From NCBI GenBank assembly GCA_039024555.1, contig JBCCQQ010000030.1:1-64000 (forward strand): 64,000 nt of DNA, in the 5' to 3' direction. The notes below the pieces were generated by a model that was given only the letters and a program-made list of their open reading frames with translations, made no database searches and was not told the DNA's origin. This document shows, piece by piece, positions 20,707 through 31,549 of this stretch. Made by a program: the position numbers and the translations under genes. Within the stretch, counting starts at the first letter, position 1; the number at the start of each line of letters is the position of its first letter. Source of the DNA: Cyanobacteria bacterium P01_D01_bin.156 (lineage in GTDB: Bacteria > Cyanobacteriota > Cyanobacteriia > Phormidesmidales > Phormidesmidaceae).

Positions 20707-22014
20707 ATGACGAGGATTAACAGACGTAAGTTTTTGATGTACGGCTCCACTGCCGTGGGAACCAGTATTCTGCTCAAGGCTTGTGGCGCTTCGGAGCCTG
20801 CAGCCGAGGCTCCCGCTGAAGGTGGAGATACTACTGTTGCAGCTAGCGGCGGCGATACCATTAAGGTCGGTATTCTTCACTCCCTAAGTGGCACCATGGC
20901 CATTAGTGAGACTACCGTGGTGGATGCTGAAGAACTAGCCATCAAAGAAATTAATGCTGCAGGTGGTGTCCTAGGCAAGCAGATCGAAATCGTCAAAGAA
21001 GACGGTGCTTCTGATTGGGATACCTTTGCTGAGAAAGCTGAAAAGCTAATCGACCAAGACCAGGTGGTTACCGTCTTTGGTTGCTGGACCTCTGCTAGCC
21101 GTAAGAAAGTGCTGCCTGTATTTGAAGCGAAGGATCACCAGCTGTGGTACCCCGTACAGTACGAAGGTCAGGAGTGCTCTAAGAACATCTTCTACACAGG
21201 TGCCGCACCCAACCAGCAAATCGAGCCCGCTGTAGATTGGCTACTGGAGAATAAGGGTAAGGACTTCTTCCTCGTAGGTTCTGACTATGTATTCCCCCGG
21301 ACTGCCAACACCATCATCAAAGAGCAGCTAAAGGCCAAGGGTGGCAACACAGTCGGTGAAGACTACCTACCCTTAGGTAACACTGAGGTAACTCCCATCA
21401 TCACTAAGATTAAGGCAGCTCTACCCGACGGTGGCGTTATCTTTAACAGCTTGAATGGTGACAGTAACGTTGCCTTCTTTAAGCAGCTCAAGGGTGCAGG
21501 CATGGGTCCTGATCAGTACCCTGTAATGTCTGTAAGTATCGCAGAAGAAGAAGTTCGTACCATTGGTCCTGACTTCCTAACCGGCCACTATGCGGCTTGG
21601 AACTACTTCCAAACTGTAGAAAGCCCAGCCAATGAGAAGTGGGTCGCTGACTTCAAAGCTGAGTACGGCGACGATCGGGTAACGAACGACCCCATGGAAG
21701 CTGCTTACATCATGGTTTACCTATGGAAGCAAGCGGTTGAGAAAGCGGGCTCTACTGACATTGCTGCAGTACGCGAAGCGGCCTACGGTCAGGTATTCGA
21801 AGCTCCTGGTGGAACCGTCACCATGAACCCCAATCACCATATTTCCAAGACCGTGCGTATCGGTGAAATTCGTGAAGACGGTTTGTTTGATATTGTTTCC
21901 GCCACCGATGGCCCTGTGACTCCCATCCCTTGGAACCAGTATGTTCCCGATACTAAAGGCTTTGCTTGTGACTGGTCTGACCCTGCTAAGGGCGGCAAGT
22001 TCAAAGAAGCCTAA
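20707..22014 (+). CDS. urtA: Urea ABC transporter substrate-binding protein
   Basis: RR-containing lipoprotein signal, [26 protein letters not shown]. Confidence 0.95.
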   Translation: MTRINRRKFLMYGSTAVGTSILLKACGASEPAAEAPAEGGDTTVAASGGDTIKVGILHSLSGTMAISETTVVDAEELAIKEINAAGGVLGKQIEIVKEDGASDWDTFAEKAEKLIDQDQVVTVFGCWTSASRKKVLPVFEAKDHQLWYPVQYEGQECSKNIFYTGAAPNQQIEPAVDWLLENKGKDFFLVGSDYVFPRTANTIIKEQLKAKGGNTVGEDYLPLGNTEVTPIITKIKAALPDGGVIFNSLNGDSNVAFFKQLKGAGMGPDQYPVMSVSIAEEEVRTIGPDFLTGHYAAWNYFQTVESPANEKWVADFKAEYGDDRVTNDPMEAAYIMVYLWKQAVEKAGSTDIAAVREAAYGQVFEAPGGTVTMNPNHHISKTVRIGEIREDGLFDIVSATDGPVTPIPWNQYVPDTKGFACDWSDPAKGGKFKEA

Positions 22015-22037
22015 GGCTTTGGTAGGTTAGCTAATTG

Positions 22038-22069
22038 GGGAAGAGTCTCACCTGACTCTTCCCTTTTTT
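22038..22069 (+). terminator. Intrinsic terminator or stabilising hairpin after urtA
   Basis: GGGAAGAGTC-TCACCT-GACTCTTCCC followed by TTTTTT. Confidence 0.75.
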
Positions 22070-22250
22070 GGTTAAGTGTATGAATCGTGGGTAGTGGATG
22101 GTAAATCGTAAGTGACTTAGCTCTTCGCTGCAACTTGTTTGCCAGTAACTCTTCGCCATTCACAATTCGTGTTTACCTGAACTAGCGTTTGCTATTCCCA
22201 ACTCAATTTTCCTAACCCACTCTTCACTCTTTTTTGGCAGGTAACAGTTT

Positions 22251-23417
22251 GTGCTGGACGGTTTAATCAACGGTATTTTTAACGGCATTAGCATTGGTGC
22301 GGTGCTGCTGATTGTGGCTCTGGGGCTGGCCATTGTGTTTGGTCTCATGGGTGTGATCAACCTGGCCCATGGCGAACTTATGATGCTTGGGGCCTACACC
22401 ACTTATGTGGTGCAAAACGGCTTTAAGTCCCTTGGCGATGGTATGCAGGATTTCTATATCTGGCTGGCGTTGCCCCTATCGTTTCTGGTGGCGGCGCTGG
22501 TGGGGTTGGCCCTAGAACGCAGTGTGATTCGTCTACTCTATGGACGCCCCTTGGAAACGCTCTTGGCCACCTGGGGGGTAAGTTTGATTTTGCAGCAATT
22601 TGTTCGCAGCGTCAGTTGGTCCCTGGTATTTGGTGTTCTAACCGTCAGCATTTTGCTGTTTGGGGGGCGGGCGATTCTTAATAAGTTTGCCAATTTAGGG
22701 CCGCGCCAAAAGCTGGCAAATTTTGTGGTGCTAGTGCTGTCCATTGGCATTGGCGTTACCCTGGCGCGCAGTCTGGGGGGCAACGAAGACCTGGCCAAAC
22801 CCTGGTTTAGTGCCCGCAATGTGGACGTGACCGCCCCCGGCTGGTTACAGGACAGCATTCAGATAACCGACACCATCTCCTTTCCGGCGGCTCGCATCTT
22901 CATCATCGTGCTAACGATAATTTGCCTGGTGGGCACGTTCTGGTTTCTGAATAAATCCGCCTGGGGTCTGAGAATTCGCTCGGTGACCCAAAACCGTGAC
23001 ATGAGTGCCTGCTTAGGTATTCCCACCAAGCGAGTGGATGCCCTTACCTTTGCCCTAGGATCTGGGCTTGCGGGCATTGCGGGCTGTGCTGTAACCCTAC
23101 TGGGTTCTGTGGGTCCCAACCTGGGTAGTAATTATATTGTGGATGCTTTTATGGTGGTCGTTGTCGGGGGCGTAGGTAAGCTGATTGGCAGTATTGTCGC
23201 CGCGTTACTGATTGGTATTGTCACCTACATCGTGGGTTCGGGAACCTTGGTGCTGATTTTACCCTCTTCTGAAGCGCTGCAGCCCATCATTGATACAGCC
23301 ACGTTCTTCGCTACGACAAGCATGGCAAAAGTACTGGTATTTGCCTTGATTATTGCGTTTCTGCAGGTCAAGCCCGCCGGTTTGTTTCCCCAAAAAGGCC
23401 GTTCGGTGGAGGTGTAA
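22251..23417 (+). CDS. urtB: Urea ABC transporter permease
   Basis: GVINLAHGELMMLGAY, RPLETLLATWG. Confidence 0.95.
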   Translation: MLDGLINGIFNGISIGAVLLIVALGLAIVFGLMGVINLAHGELMMLGAYTTYVVQNGFKSLGDGMQDFYIWLALPLSFLVAALVGLALERSVIRLLYGRPLETLLATWGVSLILQQFVRSVSWSLVFGVLTVSILLFGGRAILNKFANLGPRQKLANFVVLVLSIGIGVTLARSLGGNEDLAKPWFSARNVDVTAPGWLQDSIQITDTISFPAARIFIIVLTIICLVGTFWFLNKSAWGLRIRSVTQNRDMSACLGIPTKRVDALTFALGSGLAGIAGCAVTLLGSVGPNLGSNYIVDAFMVVVVGGVGKLIGSIVAALLIGIVTYIVGSGTLVLILPSSEALQPIIDTATFFATTSMAKVLVFALIIAFLQVKPAGLFPQKGRSVEV

Positions 23418-23419
23418 CC

Positions 23420-24571
23420 ATGGCAGAGACAAAACCAATGGGAAAAAATCGCAGACGCACCCTGGAAGCCAGCATTGTTATTGGCCTAATGCTGCTCCTA
23501 ATTTTCATTGCCCCACTAATGCTGTCTGGCTTTCGACTGGGGTTGCTGGGGCGTTTTCTGGCCCTGGCCATTGTTGCCCTAGGGGTGGATCTAATTTGGG
23601 GCTATACGGGATTGCTCAGTCTGGGCCAGGGAATCTTCTTTGCCCTGGGAGGGTATGCTTTTGCCATGCACCTGCAGCTGAATCTGGCGGGGGATGGCAT
23701 TCCTGAATTTTTTGGCCTATACGGTGTGTCGGAACTGCCCTGGTTCTGGCAGCCGTTCTACTCACTGCCGTTTACGCTGATTGCCGTTGTGTTACTACCG
23801 GCCATTGTGGCGGGGCTGCTGGGCTACCTGGTGTTTCGTAACCGCATTCGGGGGGTGTATTTCTCGATTTTGACCCAGGCAATGCTGGTGGTGTTTTTCA
23901 ATTTCTTTAATGGTCAGCAGAAGCTGATCAATGGCACCAATGGTTTGGGCACCGACACGACACCGCTGTTTGGGCAGCAGGTGGGTAGCGATCGCATGCA
24001 GTTTGTCTTCTACGTTGCCACCGTTCTTGTCCTTGCCCTCACCTATGGTCTGTGCCGCTGGCTTACCCGAGGGCGCTTTGGCCGGTTGCTGATCGCCATT
24101 CGGGACGACGAAAACCGGCTAAGATTTTCCGGCTACAACCCGGCCATGTTTAAGGTACTGGTGTTTGCCGTGGCGGGTGGCATTGCGGGCGCTGCCGGTG
24201 CCCTCTATTCCGTCCAGTCCAGTGGCATCACCCCCCAATCCATGAGCGTCGCCTTCTCCATTGAAATGGTGATTTGGGTGGCTGTGGGTGGTCGCGCCAC
24301 CCTGGGCGGTGCTGTTTTGGGCGCCCTGGTGGTCAACTGGGCCCAGGCGCTATTGAGTGAGCGTTTTCCAGAAGTATGGCTATTTTTCCAGGGGGCTCTT
24401 TTCCTACTCGTGGTAACCGTACTGCCCAAGGGCATTGTCGGCTGGCTGCGGGATGACGCTGTTAGCCAAATCCGTGATTTATTGGGCCTCCAACCCCAGC
24501 TCAACACCTATCCCGACATTGAGCTAGACCCCGATGTTAAACGCGAGCAACGTGAATTAGCAGGCAAATAG
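23420..24571 (+). CDS. urtC: Urea ABC transporter permease
   Basis: DLIWGYTGLLSLGQG, SIEMVIWVAVGGR. Confidence 0.95.
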   Translation: MAETKPMGKNRRRTLEASIVIGLMLLLIFIAPLMLSGFRLGLLGRFLALAIVALGVDLIWGYTGLLSLGQGIFFALGGYAFAMHLQLNLAGDGIPEFFGLYGVSELPWFWQPFYSLPFTLIAVVLLPAIVAGLLGYLVFRNRIRGVYFSILTQAMLVVFFNFFNGQQKLINGTNGLGTDTTPLFGQQVGSDRMQFVFYVATVLVLALTYGLCRWLTRGRFGRLLIAIRDDENRLRFSGYNPAMFKVLVFAVAGGIAGAAGALYSVQSSGITPQSMSVAFSIEMVIWVAVGGRATLGGAVLGALVVNWAQALLSERFPEVWLFFQGALFLLVVTVLPKGIVGWLRDDAVSQIRDLLGLQPQLNTYPDIELDPDVKREQRELAGK

Positions 24572-24598
24572 ACCCCGAAATCCCAACGCATTTCCAAA

Positions 24599-25717
24599 AT
24601 GGCCCAACAAATCCTCGAAATTGATAATCTAACTGTAAGCTTTGACGGTTTCAAAGCCCTCAACAATCTGACCTTCTCCATGCATGAGGGAGAGCTGAGG
24701 GTGATTATTGGTCCCAATGGTGCTGGCAAGACTACCTTCTTGGATGTCATTACGGGTAAAGTTCAACCCACCCAGGGTAAAGTCAAATTTAAAGGTAAAA
24801 AGCTGAGCGGTCGTACCGAACATGATATTGCCCGTCTCGGCATTGGCCGCAAGTTTCAAACCCCGCGCATCTACCTGAATTTGACACCGCGAGAAAACCT
24901 GGAACTATGCTGTAACCACAATAAGAACGTCCTATCCACACTGTTTAAGCCCACCCCTAAGGCAGAGCGCCGGACCGTTGGTGGTTTGTTAGAAACCATC
25001 GGCCTGGACCACAAGGCTGACAAGCCCGCTGCACTGCTCTCCCACGGTGAAAAACAGTGGCTTGAGATCGGTATGCTGGTGGCCCAGTCCCCTGATTTGT
25101 TGTTAGTAGATGAGCCGGTTGCCGGACTTACTGATGAAGAGACCGAACGTACTGGAGAACTGCTAATATCCCTGGCAGAGAGTCATTCCGTCATTGTGAT
25201 TGAACACGATATGGAATTTGTTCGTCAAATTGCCCGTCAGGTGACCGTCCTGCATGAAGGTTCCGTACTGTGCGAAGGCACCATGGACGAAGTCCAAAAC
25301 GATCCTAGGGTGATAGAGGTTTATCTAGGCACTGAAACATCCGTGACGCCAGAGCAGATGCTGCTGTTGCGAATTGCGGCCACTATGGCCTGGGCCGACG
25401 GTAGCTTTGAAGCTGCCGAGCAAGATATTATTCTGGAGCGATTAAGCCGCCAGTTTGTTCAAGACGCAGAGCAACAAACTGCCCTCAAAACCGAATTGCG
25501 AGATTTGTTGGCCAAGCGTATTCCTCTAGAAGAGCTGGTCCCCAAACTCAATACATCAGCCCAGCGAGAAGAGGCGCTATTGCTAAGCTATGAAGTTATT
25601 GCTGCCAATGAAATTAATGCGGCAGAAACAGCCACCTATCGTAAATTGCTCACCCTGCTAGACCTACCAGCAGAAACTGTTAGTCGCCTTGAGGCAACAG
25701 TTAGTGGTACAGCTTAG
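24599..25717 (+). CDS. urtD: Urea ABC transporter ATPase with a C-terminal TerB-like extension
   Basis: GPNGAGKTT, LSHGEKQWLEIG, core ending VIEVYLG, then about 125 extra aa containing MAWADG..E..EQ. Confidence 0.92.
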   Translation: MAQQILEIDNLTVSFDGFKALNNLTFSMHEGELRVIIGPNGAGKTTFLDVITGKVQPTQGKVKFKGKKLSGRTEHDIARLGIGRKFQTPRIYLNLTPRENLELCCNHNKNVLSTLFKPTPKAERRTVGGLLETIGLDHKADKPAALLSHGEKQWLEIGMLVAQSPDLLLVDEPVAGLTDEETERTGELLISLAESHSVIVIEHDMEFVRQIARQVTVLHEGSVLCEGTMDEVQNDPRVIEVYLGTETSVTPEQMLLLRIAATMAWADGSFEAAEQDIILERLSRQFVQDAEQQTALKTELRDLLAKRIPLEELVPKLNTSAQREEALLLSYEVIAANEINAAETATYRKLLTLLDLPAETVSRLEATVSGTA

Positions 25718-25777
25718 GACTATTCCACCGATCACAGACCTTAATTTTACATTTTCCTCATTACCAAAACTGTTCCC

Positions 25778-26533
25778 ATGACCATGCCAGCTGTTCAACC
25801 CACGGTTCCAAATGCCTCTACGGCTCCCATGCTCAAGATTTCGGGTTTGAACTTCTACTATGGCGAGAGTCATATTTTGCGGGATGTGGATCTCACCGTT
25901 CCCAAAGGCCAAATGGTCTGTCTGATCGGACGTAACGGTGTGGGTAAAACCACTCTCTTAAAAAATATTATTGGGCTATTGTCGCCCCGCACTGGCCTTA
26001 TTAACTACGATGGTCAGCCTGTTAATAGATTTACCGCCGATTACAGAGCCAGGGCCGGTATCGGCTATGTTCCCCAAGGTCGTGAAATAATCCCTCGTTT
26101 AAGTGTTAAAGAGAATTTACTCATTGGCATGGAAGCTTTAGGGAATCGAGCGCCTAAGGCTAAAAAAGAAATTCCTGAACTCATCTTTGAACTGTTTCCA
26201 GTTTTAAGGACTATGTTGTCTCGCATGGGAGGAGATCTCAGTGGCGGACAACAACAACAGCTCTCTATTGCCCGTGCCCTGATGGGGCAGCCTCAGCTGC
26301 TACTGTTAGATGAACCTACCGAAGGAATTCAACCCTCAATTATTTTAGATATTGAAAATGCTGTGCGTCGCATCATCGAAACCACGGGTATTTCTGTTTT
26401 GTTGGTAGAGCAACATTTACACTTTGTTCGTCAGGCAGATTACTACTACGCCATGCAGAAAGGTGGCATTGTCGCCTCTGGCTCCACCGATCAGCTTAGC
26501 AATGCAGTGATTCAAGAGTTTTTAGCTGTTTAA
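25778..26533 (+). CDS. urtE: Urea ABC transporter ATPase
   Basis: GRNGVGKTT, LSGGQQQQL, DEPTEGIQP. Confidence 0.95.
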   Translation: MTMPAVQPTVPNASTAPMLKISGLNFYYGESHILRDVDLTVPKGQMVCLIGRNGVGKTTLLKNIIGLLSPRTGLINYDGQPVNRFTADYRARAGIGYVPQGREIIPRLSVKENLLIGMEALGNRAPKAKKEIPELIFELFPVLRTMLSRMGGDLSGGQQQQLSIARALMGQPQLLLLDEPTEGIQPSIILDIENAVRRIIETTGISVLLVEQHLHFVRQADYYYAMQKGGIVASGSTDQLSNAVIQEFLAV

Positions 26534-26577
26534 ACGGCTTAAACAGCCAGAGAATAGGGCTTTAAACCCAGTAGAGA

Positions 26578-26620
26578 CATAAGTACCCCTCGGAATTACG
26601 CTTTCCGAGGGGTACTTATG
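26578..26620. terminator. Hairpin terminator after urtE
   Basis: 18-bp perfect arms CATAAGTACCCCTCGGAA / TTCCGAGGGGTACTTATG. Confidence 0.7.
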
Positions 26621-26847
26621 GGTTGCCTAGCTATTGATCTCTTCCCCACATTGATCGTTAGGACCTGTGCTATTGGCGTCAGACTAACAGGCACTATCCT
26701 TTTGACAAGAAACAAAACGGTGTCACAGCCATGTTCCCACGGAGGCTGATGGCTGCTACGCAAGCGGGACTAGCAACGCTACAAAAATAACGTGCCTAGT
26801 TCATTATTTTTGTAGGATGTTTGGTGTCATCGTAGGAATTTAGGATC

Positions 26848-27702
26848 GTGACTTCACCCACTGCCACCTTGTTGATTTCCTGTCCAGACCAACAAGGGCT
26901 GGTTGCTAAAATTGCTAATTTTATCTATGCCAATGGGGGTAATGTTGTCCATGCGGATCAACATCGGGATGAGCCCTCAGAGTTATTTCTGTCCCGCATC
27001 GAGTGGCAGCTAGCAGGCTTTAATCTACAGAGGGAGCTCATTGGTCCTGCCTTCGACTCCATTGCTAAACCTTTAAGAGCCACCTGGCAACTCCACTTTT
27101 CAGATGAAGTGCCTCGTATGGCCATCTGGGTGAGTAAGCAAAACCACTGTCTGTTAGATTTGCTGTGGCGCTACCAGGCCGGAGAGCTAGCTGCCAATAT
27201 TCCCTTGATCATCAGCAATCATGAGACACTGCTGCCGATTGCTGAGCAGTTTAACATTGCGTTTCATCATATTCCTATCACCAAAGCCACGAAACCAGAA
27301 CAAGAGGCAAAGCAGCTAGCACTGCTCAAACAGCACAATATTGATGTGGTAGTCTTGGCAAAATATATGCAAATTCTGAGCCCTGATTTTCTCGGCCAGT
27401 TTTCTAATGTGATTAACATTCACCACTCATTTTTGCCCGCCTTTGTCGGCGCAAATCCTTACCATCGAGCCTATGAGCGCGGTGTAAAAATTATTGGAGC
27501 TACAGGCCACTATGTAACCTCAGATTTAGATGCAGGCCCCATTATTGAGCAGGATGTGGTGCGGGTGAGCCATCGCGATCAGGTAGATGATTTAATCCGA
27601 AAAGGTAAAGATTTAGAGCGCATGGTCTTAGCTCGTGCCGTGCGACTACATTTGCAAAATCGTGTTTTAGTCTACGGCAATCGTACCGTTGTGTTTGCCT
27701 AG
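26848..27702 (+). CDS. purU: Formyltetrahydrofolate deformylase
   Basis: ACT domain CPDQQGLVA, INIHHSFLPAF, LDAGPIIEQ. Confidence 0.95.
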   Translation: MTSPTATLLISCPDQQGLVAKIANFIYANGGNVVHADQHRDEPSELFLSRIEWQLAGFNLQRELIGPAFDSIAKPLRATWQLHFSDEVPRMAIWVSKQNHCLLDLLWRYQAGELAANIPLIISNHETLLPIAEQFNIAFHHIPITKATKPEQEAKQLALLKQHNIDVVVLAKYMQILSPDFLGQFSNVINIHHSFLPAFVGANPYHRAYERGVKIIGATGHYVTSDLDAGPIIEQDVVRVSHRDQVDDLIRKGKDLERMVLARAVRLHLQNRVLVYGNRTVVFA

Positions 27703-27878
27703 GCCAGGAACTGTTCCAAAGAATTAGTGTATGCCCGTATGTGGTCGCATAAGCTATTGCAGAGATGTAAAACACATCAATCTGTAAGAAAAGTTGTATA
27801 TCAGAGTTTTCTGGATAAAATTTGGGGTATTAACCCTCTAACAATGACTCAAAATACTTAGGCTAGGAGATTTTTGTA

Positions 27879-28202
27879 ATGGATACGCAACAGCTTTTGA
27901 CTCAGACGATGGCGTTTCTCCTGTGTACCACACCTGAAACTACCTTAGGAAAATTACTAGGACTCTGTCTGGCATCTAAGGTGGATGCTCAAAAATCGGG
28001 GAAAACACCCCTAGAGTTTGCTAAAGAATTGTTGCAACATCCTGATACGATTTCCTCCTGGATTTCAGAGGTTGTCGATAGCGATGACAAGTACACTATT
28101 GAGGAAATGGTGGCATTGTCGGAAATGAACCTCAAGGATCCCGACAAGTTTATGCAAGCTCTGCTGGATGAAGTTCAGTTGCTAGACACTCAAGGACTCT
28201 AG
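27879..28202 (+). CDS. Hypothetical protein
   Basis: 107-aa ORF with AGGAG RBS. Confidence 0.7.
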   Translation: MDTQQLLTQTMAFLLCTTPETTLGKLLGLCLASKVDAQKSGKTPLEFAKELLQHPDTISSWISEVVDSDDKYTIEEMVALSEMNLKDPDKFMQALLDEVQLLDTQGL

Positions 28203-28441
28203 TGATTAGGAATAGCAACATCTATTAAAACCCTTGCAGATGTACTGAAAACCGAATAATTATGGGTTGTTAAGACCCAAGGCAATCCTTGAGACGGTGT
28301 GTCAAGATCGTATTAACACCTAGTACAGGAGTAAGCAGAGTTACCAAGGCTATTAGGAGCTTCAAACACTTCAAGTTCTGTCTGGTAAAAGTCTTATTTT
28401 CTTTTAAGACTGATTTGCTTATCTCACTAAGGAGATTGCTT

Positions 28442-28918
28442 ATGTTGTTACGTAGCGCCTTGCTTGCTTTAGTTTTGCCTGTGATAATGTCGTTGCCCAG
28501 CTTGGCTGCGTCTGAGGTAGATGTACAACGTTTAGAGTTAACAGGCGCTTGTGCTGATTGTGATTTGTCTGGTGCAGATTTACAGTCGTTTCACTTGATT
28601 GGTGCCGATTTACGAAGAGCTAATTTACAGGGTGCCAATTTATCGGGTAGCAATTTAGAGGGGGCCGACCTTACTGGCGCTGATTTAACCGAAGCTAATC
28701 TCAGCAATGCCTTTCTCACCAATGCTGTCTTTGAATTTGCTGTTTTAGATGATGCCAATCTTTCTGGTTCAGCGCTGTACTTTACCGATGTAACCAACGC
28801 ATCGATGCAAAACATTAATATTGCAGATGCTCAAATTGTAGGGACTCCGATCAGCGTTGGCGGTCCCTATGAGCACTATGAAGACGAAGCGTATCCAGAA
28901 GAGGTGATTGCAGAGTAA
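28442..28918 (+). CDS. Exported pentapeptide-repeat protein
   Basis: AGGAG RBS, signal peptide, CADCDLSGA and A(D/N)Lxx repeats. Start reassigned to ATG 28442. Confidence 0.88.
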   Translation: MLLRSALLALVLPVIMSLPSLAASEVDVQRLELTGACADCDLSGADLQSFHLIGADLRRANLQGANLSGSNLEGADLTGADLTEANLSNAFLTNAVFEFAVLDDANLSGSALYFTDVTNASMQNINIADAQIVGTPISVGGPYEHYEDEAYPEEVIAE

Positions 28919-29115
28919 TAGTTTCCATGCCTTTGCGGATTTGAAACTTTTTGCACTTCAACAAGTGGAAGTTTCAAATCCGCCAATTTTATTCAGACAG
29001 ATGTTGTCGAGGGTGAATACCATCAAAGAAACCATAGAAGATAAGAATTACCTGTAGTCCTTTAAAGGCTTTTCAAATAACGTTGTTGTTTCAGAAAAGT
29101 AAGCCTCTCACACGC

Positions 29116-29572
29116 TTAGATTGGAGTGATAGCCCGCTGGCAAGCTGGGCACACCGCATGGATGAGTAGCTGACAGTCAAGTAGATGATATCCAGACTTT
29201 TCGGCTACTTTAGCACCAGCCTTGAGAACAGAATCATTCTTAAATTCAATAGTCTTGTTGCAGCGCACGCAAATAAGGTGATGGTGGTGATGAGGAGAGG
29301 GTTGATTAATCTCGTAACGCTTTTGACCTTCGGCTAACTCCAGTTCCCGTAAGATTCCCATGCGGGCCATGAGCTTCAAATTGCGATAGATCGTCGAAAG
29401 GCTGATAGGTTCACCAGACTCTTTGAGTAGCTCACACAATTCTTCTGCACTCAAGTGCTCACCTTTTAGCAACATTTTGAAACGTATTCAGGATCGTTTC
29501 CCTTTGGGGCGTCATGCGCCAGCCGCGCTCATGCAATTCGGCTTTCATTGCTGCAGGGGTGTAGGCGACCAT
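29116..29572 (-). pseudogene. fur: Ferric uptake regulator FurA orthologue split by a +1 frameshift near 29463-29479
   Basis: MVAYTPAAMKAELHERGWRMTPQRETIL in one frame; KGEHLSAEE...HHHHHLICVRC...CPAC in another. The span is 457 nt, i.e. 152 codons plus 1 nt. Confidence 0.85.
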
Positions 29573-29852
29573 GAACCTGTCTCCGTTGACTATCATTAAT
29601 AGTTGCTTAATGAGAATAGTAGCGAAATTTTTGACAGTTTGCAATAGTTTCTGCTTATTGCAAAAAATACCTAAAAGTTGCTTAGAGAATAATGTGGATG
29701 GGATGGGGATCGGTCTATCTATAAGGGCTCTTTTGGATTGATGCTAATGTACCCATGGATTTGAGGATATATGCATAGTAGTAAATGCCTTCTCCTACAG
29801 GTATAGAGTTACCTTAATATTGATTAGGAACCTTTTGCATTAGCCAGCACCC

Positions 29853-30902
29853 ATGCTCTACAAGTCTGCTTTTTTATCTATTGGTCTTCTATCCTCGGTG
29901 CTTGCAGGGTGTATCGGGCCGTCGCAGGAGTTGAAAGCACCCAGTCTGGATGCCGTTGTCAATGTTTATTCAGCCCGTCACTATGATGTGGATGATGCCC
30001 TGTTTGAAAGCTTTACTAAGCAAACTGGCATTGATGTCAATGTGATTGAAGGCAAGTCTGATGAGTTAATTGAGCGGATTAAAGCCGAGGGAGGAGCTAG
30101 TCCAGCGGATGTTTTCATCACAGCAGATGCTGGTCGTCTATGGCGGGCAGAACAGGCAGGTGTTTTGCAACCGATTTCATCCTCTGTATTAGAGCAAAAG
30201 GTTCCTGCTAATTTACGTCATCCTGATGGCCTCTGGTACGGCCTGACTAAACGGGCGCGGGTCATTGTCTACAACGTCAATAATGTTGACCCAGCCGAGC
30301 TATCTACCTATGAAGCTCTGGCTAAACCAGAATGGCAAGGGCGAGTATGTGTGCGTAGCTCTAGCAACATTTATAATCAATCGCTCTTGGGCTCTTTGGT
30401 AGAAACTATTGGTGTAGAACAAACCGAGGCTTGGGCAGCTGGACTCGTTGATAACTTTGCCCGCGATCCTGACGGAGGGGATACGAATCAGATTCAGGCG
30501 GTGGCCGCTGGTCAGTGTGATGTGGCGATTGCTAACCACTACTATTGGGCGCGCTTAGCTAAGTCTGATGAAGTAGAAAGTCAGGATGTGGTGGCTAAAA
30601 CGGCGGTATTTTTCCCTAACCAGGAGGATCGGGGTACCCACGTCAATATTAGCGGTGTTGGTGTTGTTGCTGGAGCTGAGCATCGGGAAAATGCGATCGC
30701 ATTTCTTGAGTTTCTTGTCAGTCCCGAAGCTCAAACCGTTTTTGCTAATGGCAACAATGAATATCCCGTGGTGAAGGGAGTCGAGATTGAGCCTATTGTG
30801 GCTGAACTAGGAGAATTTAAGGTAGATGACGTTAACGTATCTGCCTACGGTCGTAACAATCCGGAAGTGGTAAAACTTGTTGACCGAGTAGGCTGGCAAT
30901 AG
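29853..30902 (+). CDS. futA: Fe(III) ABC transporter binding protein FutA/IdiA
   Basis: Lipobox LAGC, VYSARHY, ANHYY; divergent from fur. Confidence 0.92.
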   Translation: MLYKSAFLSIGLLSSVLAGCIGPSQELKAPSLDAVVNVYSARHYDVDDALFESFTKQTGIDVNVIEGKSDELIERIKAEGGASPADVFITADAGRLWRAEQAGVLQPISSSVLEQKVPANLRHPDGLWYGLTKRARVIVYNVNNVDPAELSTYEALAKPEWQGRVCVRSSSNIYNQSLLGSLVETIGVEQTEAWAAGLVDNFARDPDGGDTNQIQAVAAGQCDVAIANHYYWARLAKSDEVESQDVVAKTAVFFPNQEDRGTHVNISGVGVVAGAEHRENAIAFLEFLVSPEAQTVFANGNNEYPVVKGVEIEPIVAELGEFKVDDVNVSAYGRNNPEVVKLVDRVGWQ

Positions 30903-31030
30903 GGCGACACCATAAAATGCCTTAAACCTTCTCCGTTGCTGGTCAGAATAAAAAAACTCTCGGCTGGATATAATCCTCCGAGAGCATAGGTTTTCAGAGA
31001 ATGTGGAAAAAATTTAAGACTACCAATCGA

Positions 31031-31549
31031 TTAGTAGGCGTCCTGCAGTTCGTAAAAGTCAGGTGAAATATAGTCCTTACGTAGGGGCCAGCCTACCCAA
31101 TCCTCTGGCATCAGCAGCCGTTTGAGATTGGGATGTCCCTCATATTCGATGCCATACATGTCATAGCTTTCTCGCTCTTGCCAGTCAGCAGCTTTCCAAA
31201 TCCAATACACAGATGGAATTTTAGGGTTATCGCGAGGTAAGTAAACCTTAACGCGCACTTCCTCAGGAAGATCGGCATTATCACTGACCTTGAGTAAATG
31301 ATAAAAACTGACCAAGGGCTGACCTGGACCGGCATCATAGGCACCCTGACACTGCAGATAGTTAAATCCATAGGCATAAAGTGCAGTGCAAAAAGGAATT
31401 AAAAACGCAGGCTCAACCTTGAGGAGCTCAATATTCAGATGATCACGCTCCATGATTTCATGGGCAAACCCCTGCTCAGTTAACCAGCTAGATACAGGCC
31501 CGGCTTCGACGATAGCACCTGCTTCTGACTTAGTTTCCTCTTCAGCCAT
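31031..31549 (-). CDS. ndhJ: NDH-1 subunit J
   Basis: [14 protein letters not shown]...GWPLRKDY. Confidence 0.96.
   Translation of the reverse strand: MAEEETKSEAGAIVEAGPVSSWLTEQGFAHEIMERDHLNIELLKVEPAFLIPFCTALYAYGFNYLQCQGAYDAGPGQPLVSFYHLLKVSDNADLPEEVRVKVYLPRDNPKIPSVYWIWKAADWQERESYDMYGIEYEGHPNLKRLLMPEDWVGWPLRKDYISPDFYELQDAY

Noticed and set aside
26620..26847. Possible ZMP/ZTP riboswitch before purU
   Set aside because: Only generic hairpins; the conserved pfl motif elements were not recognisable.
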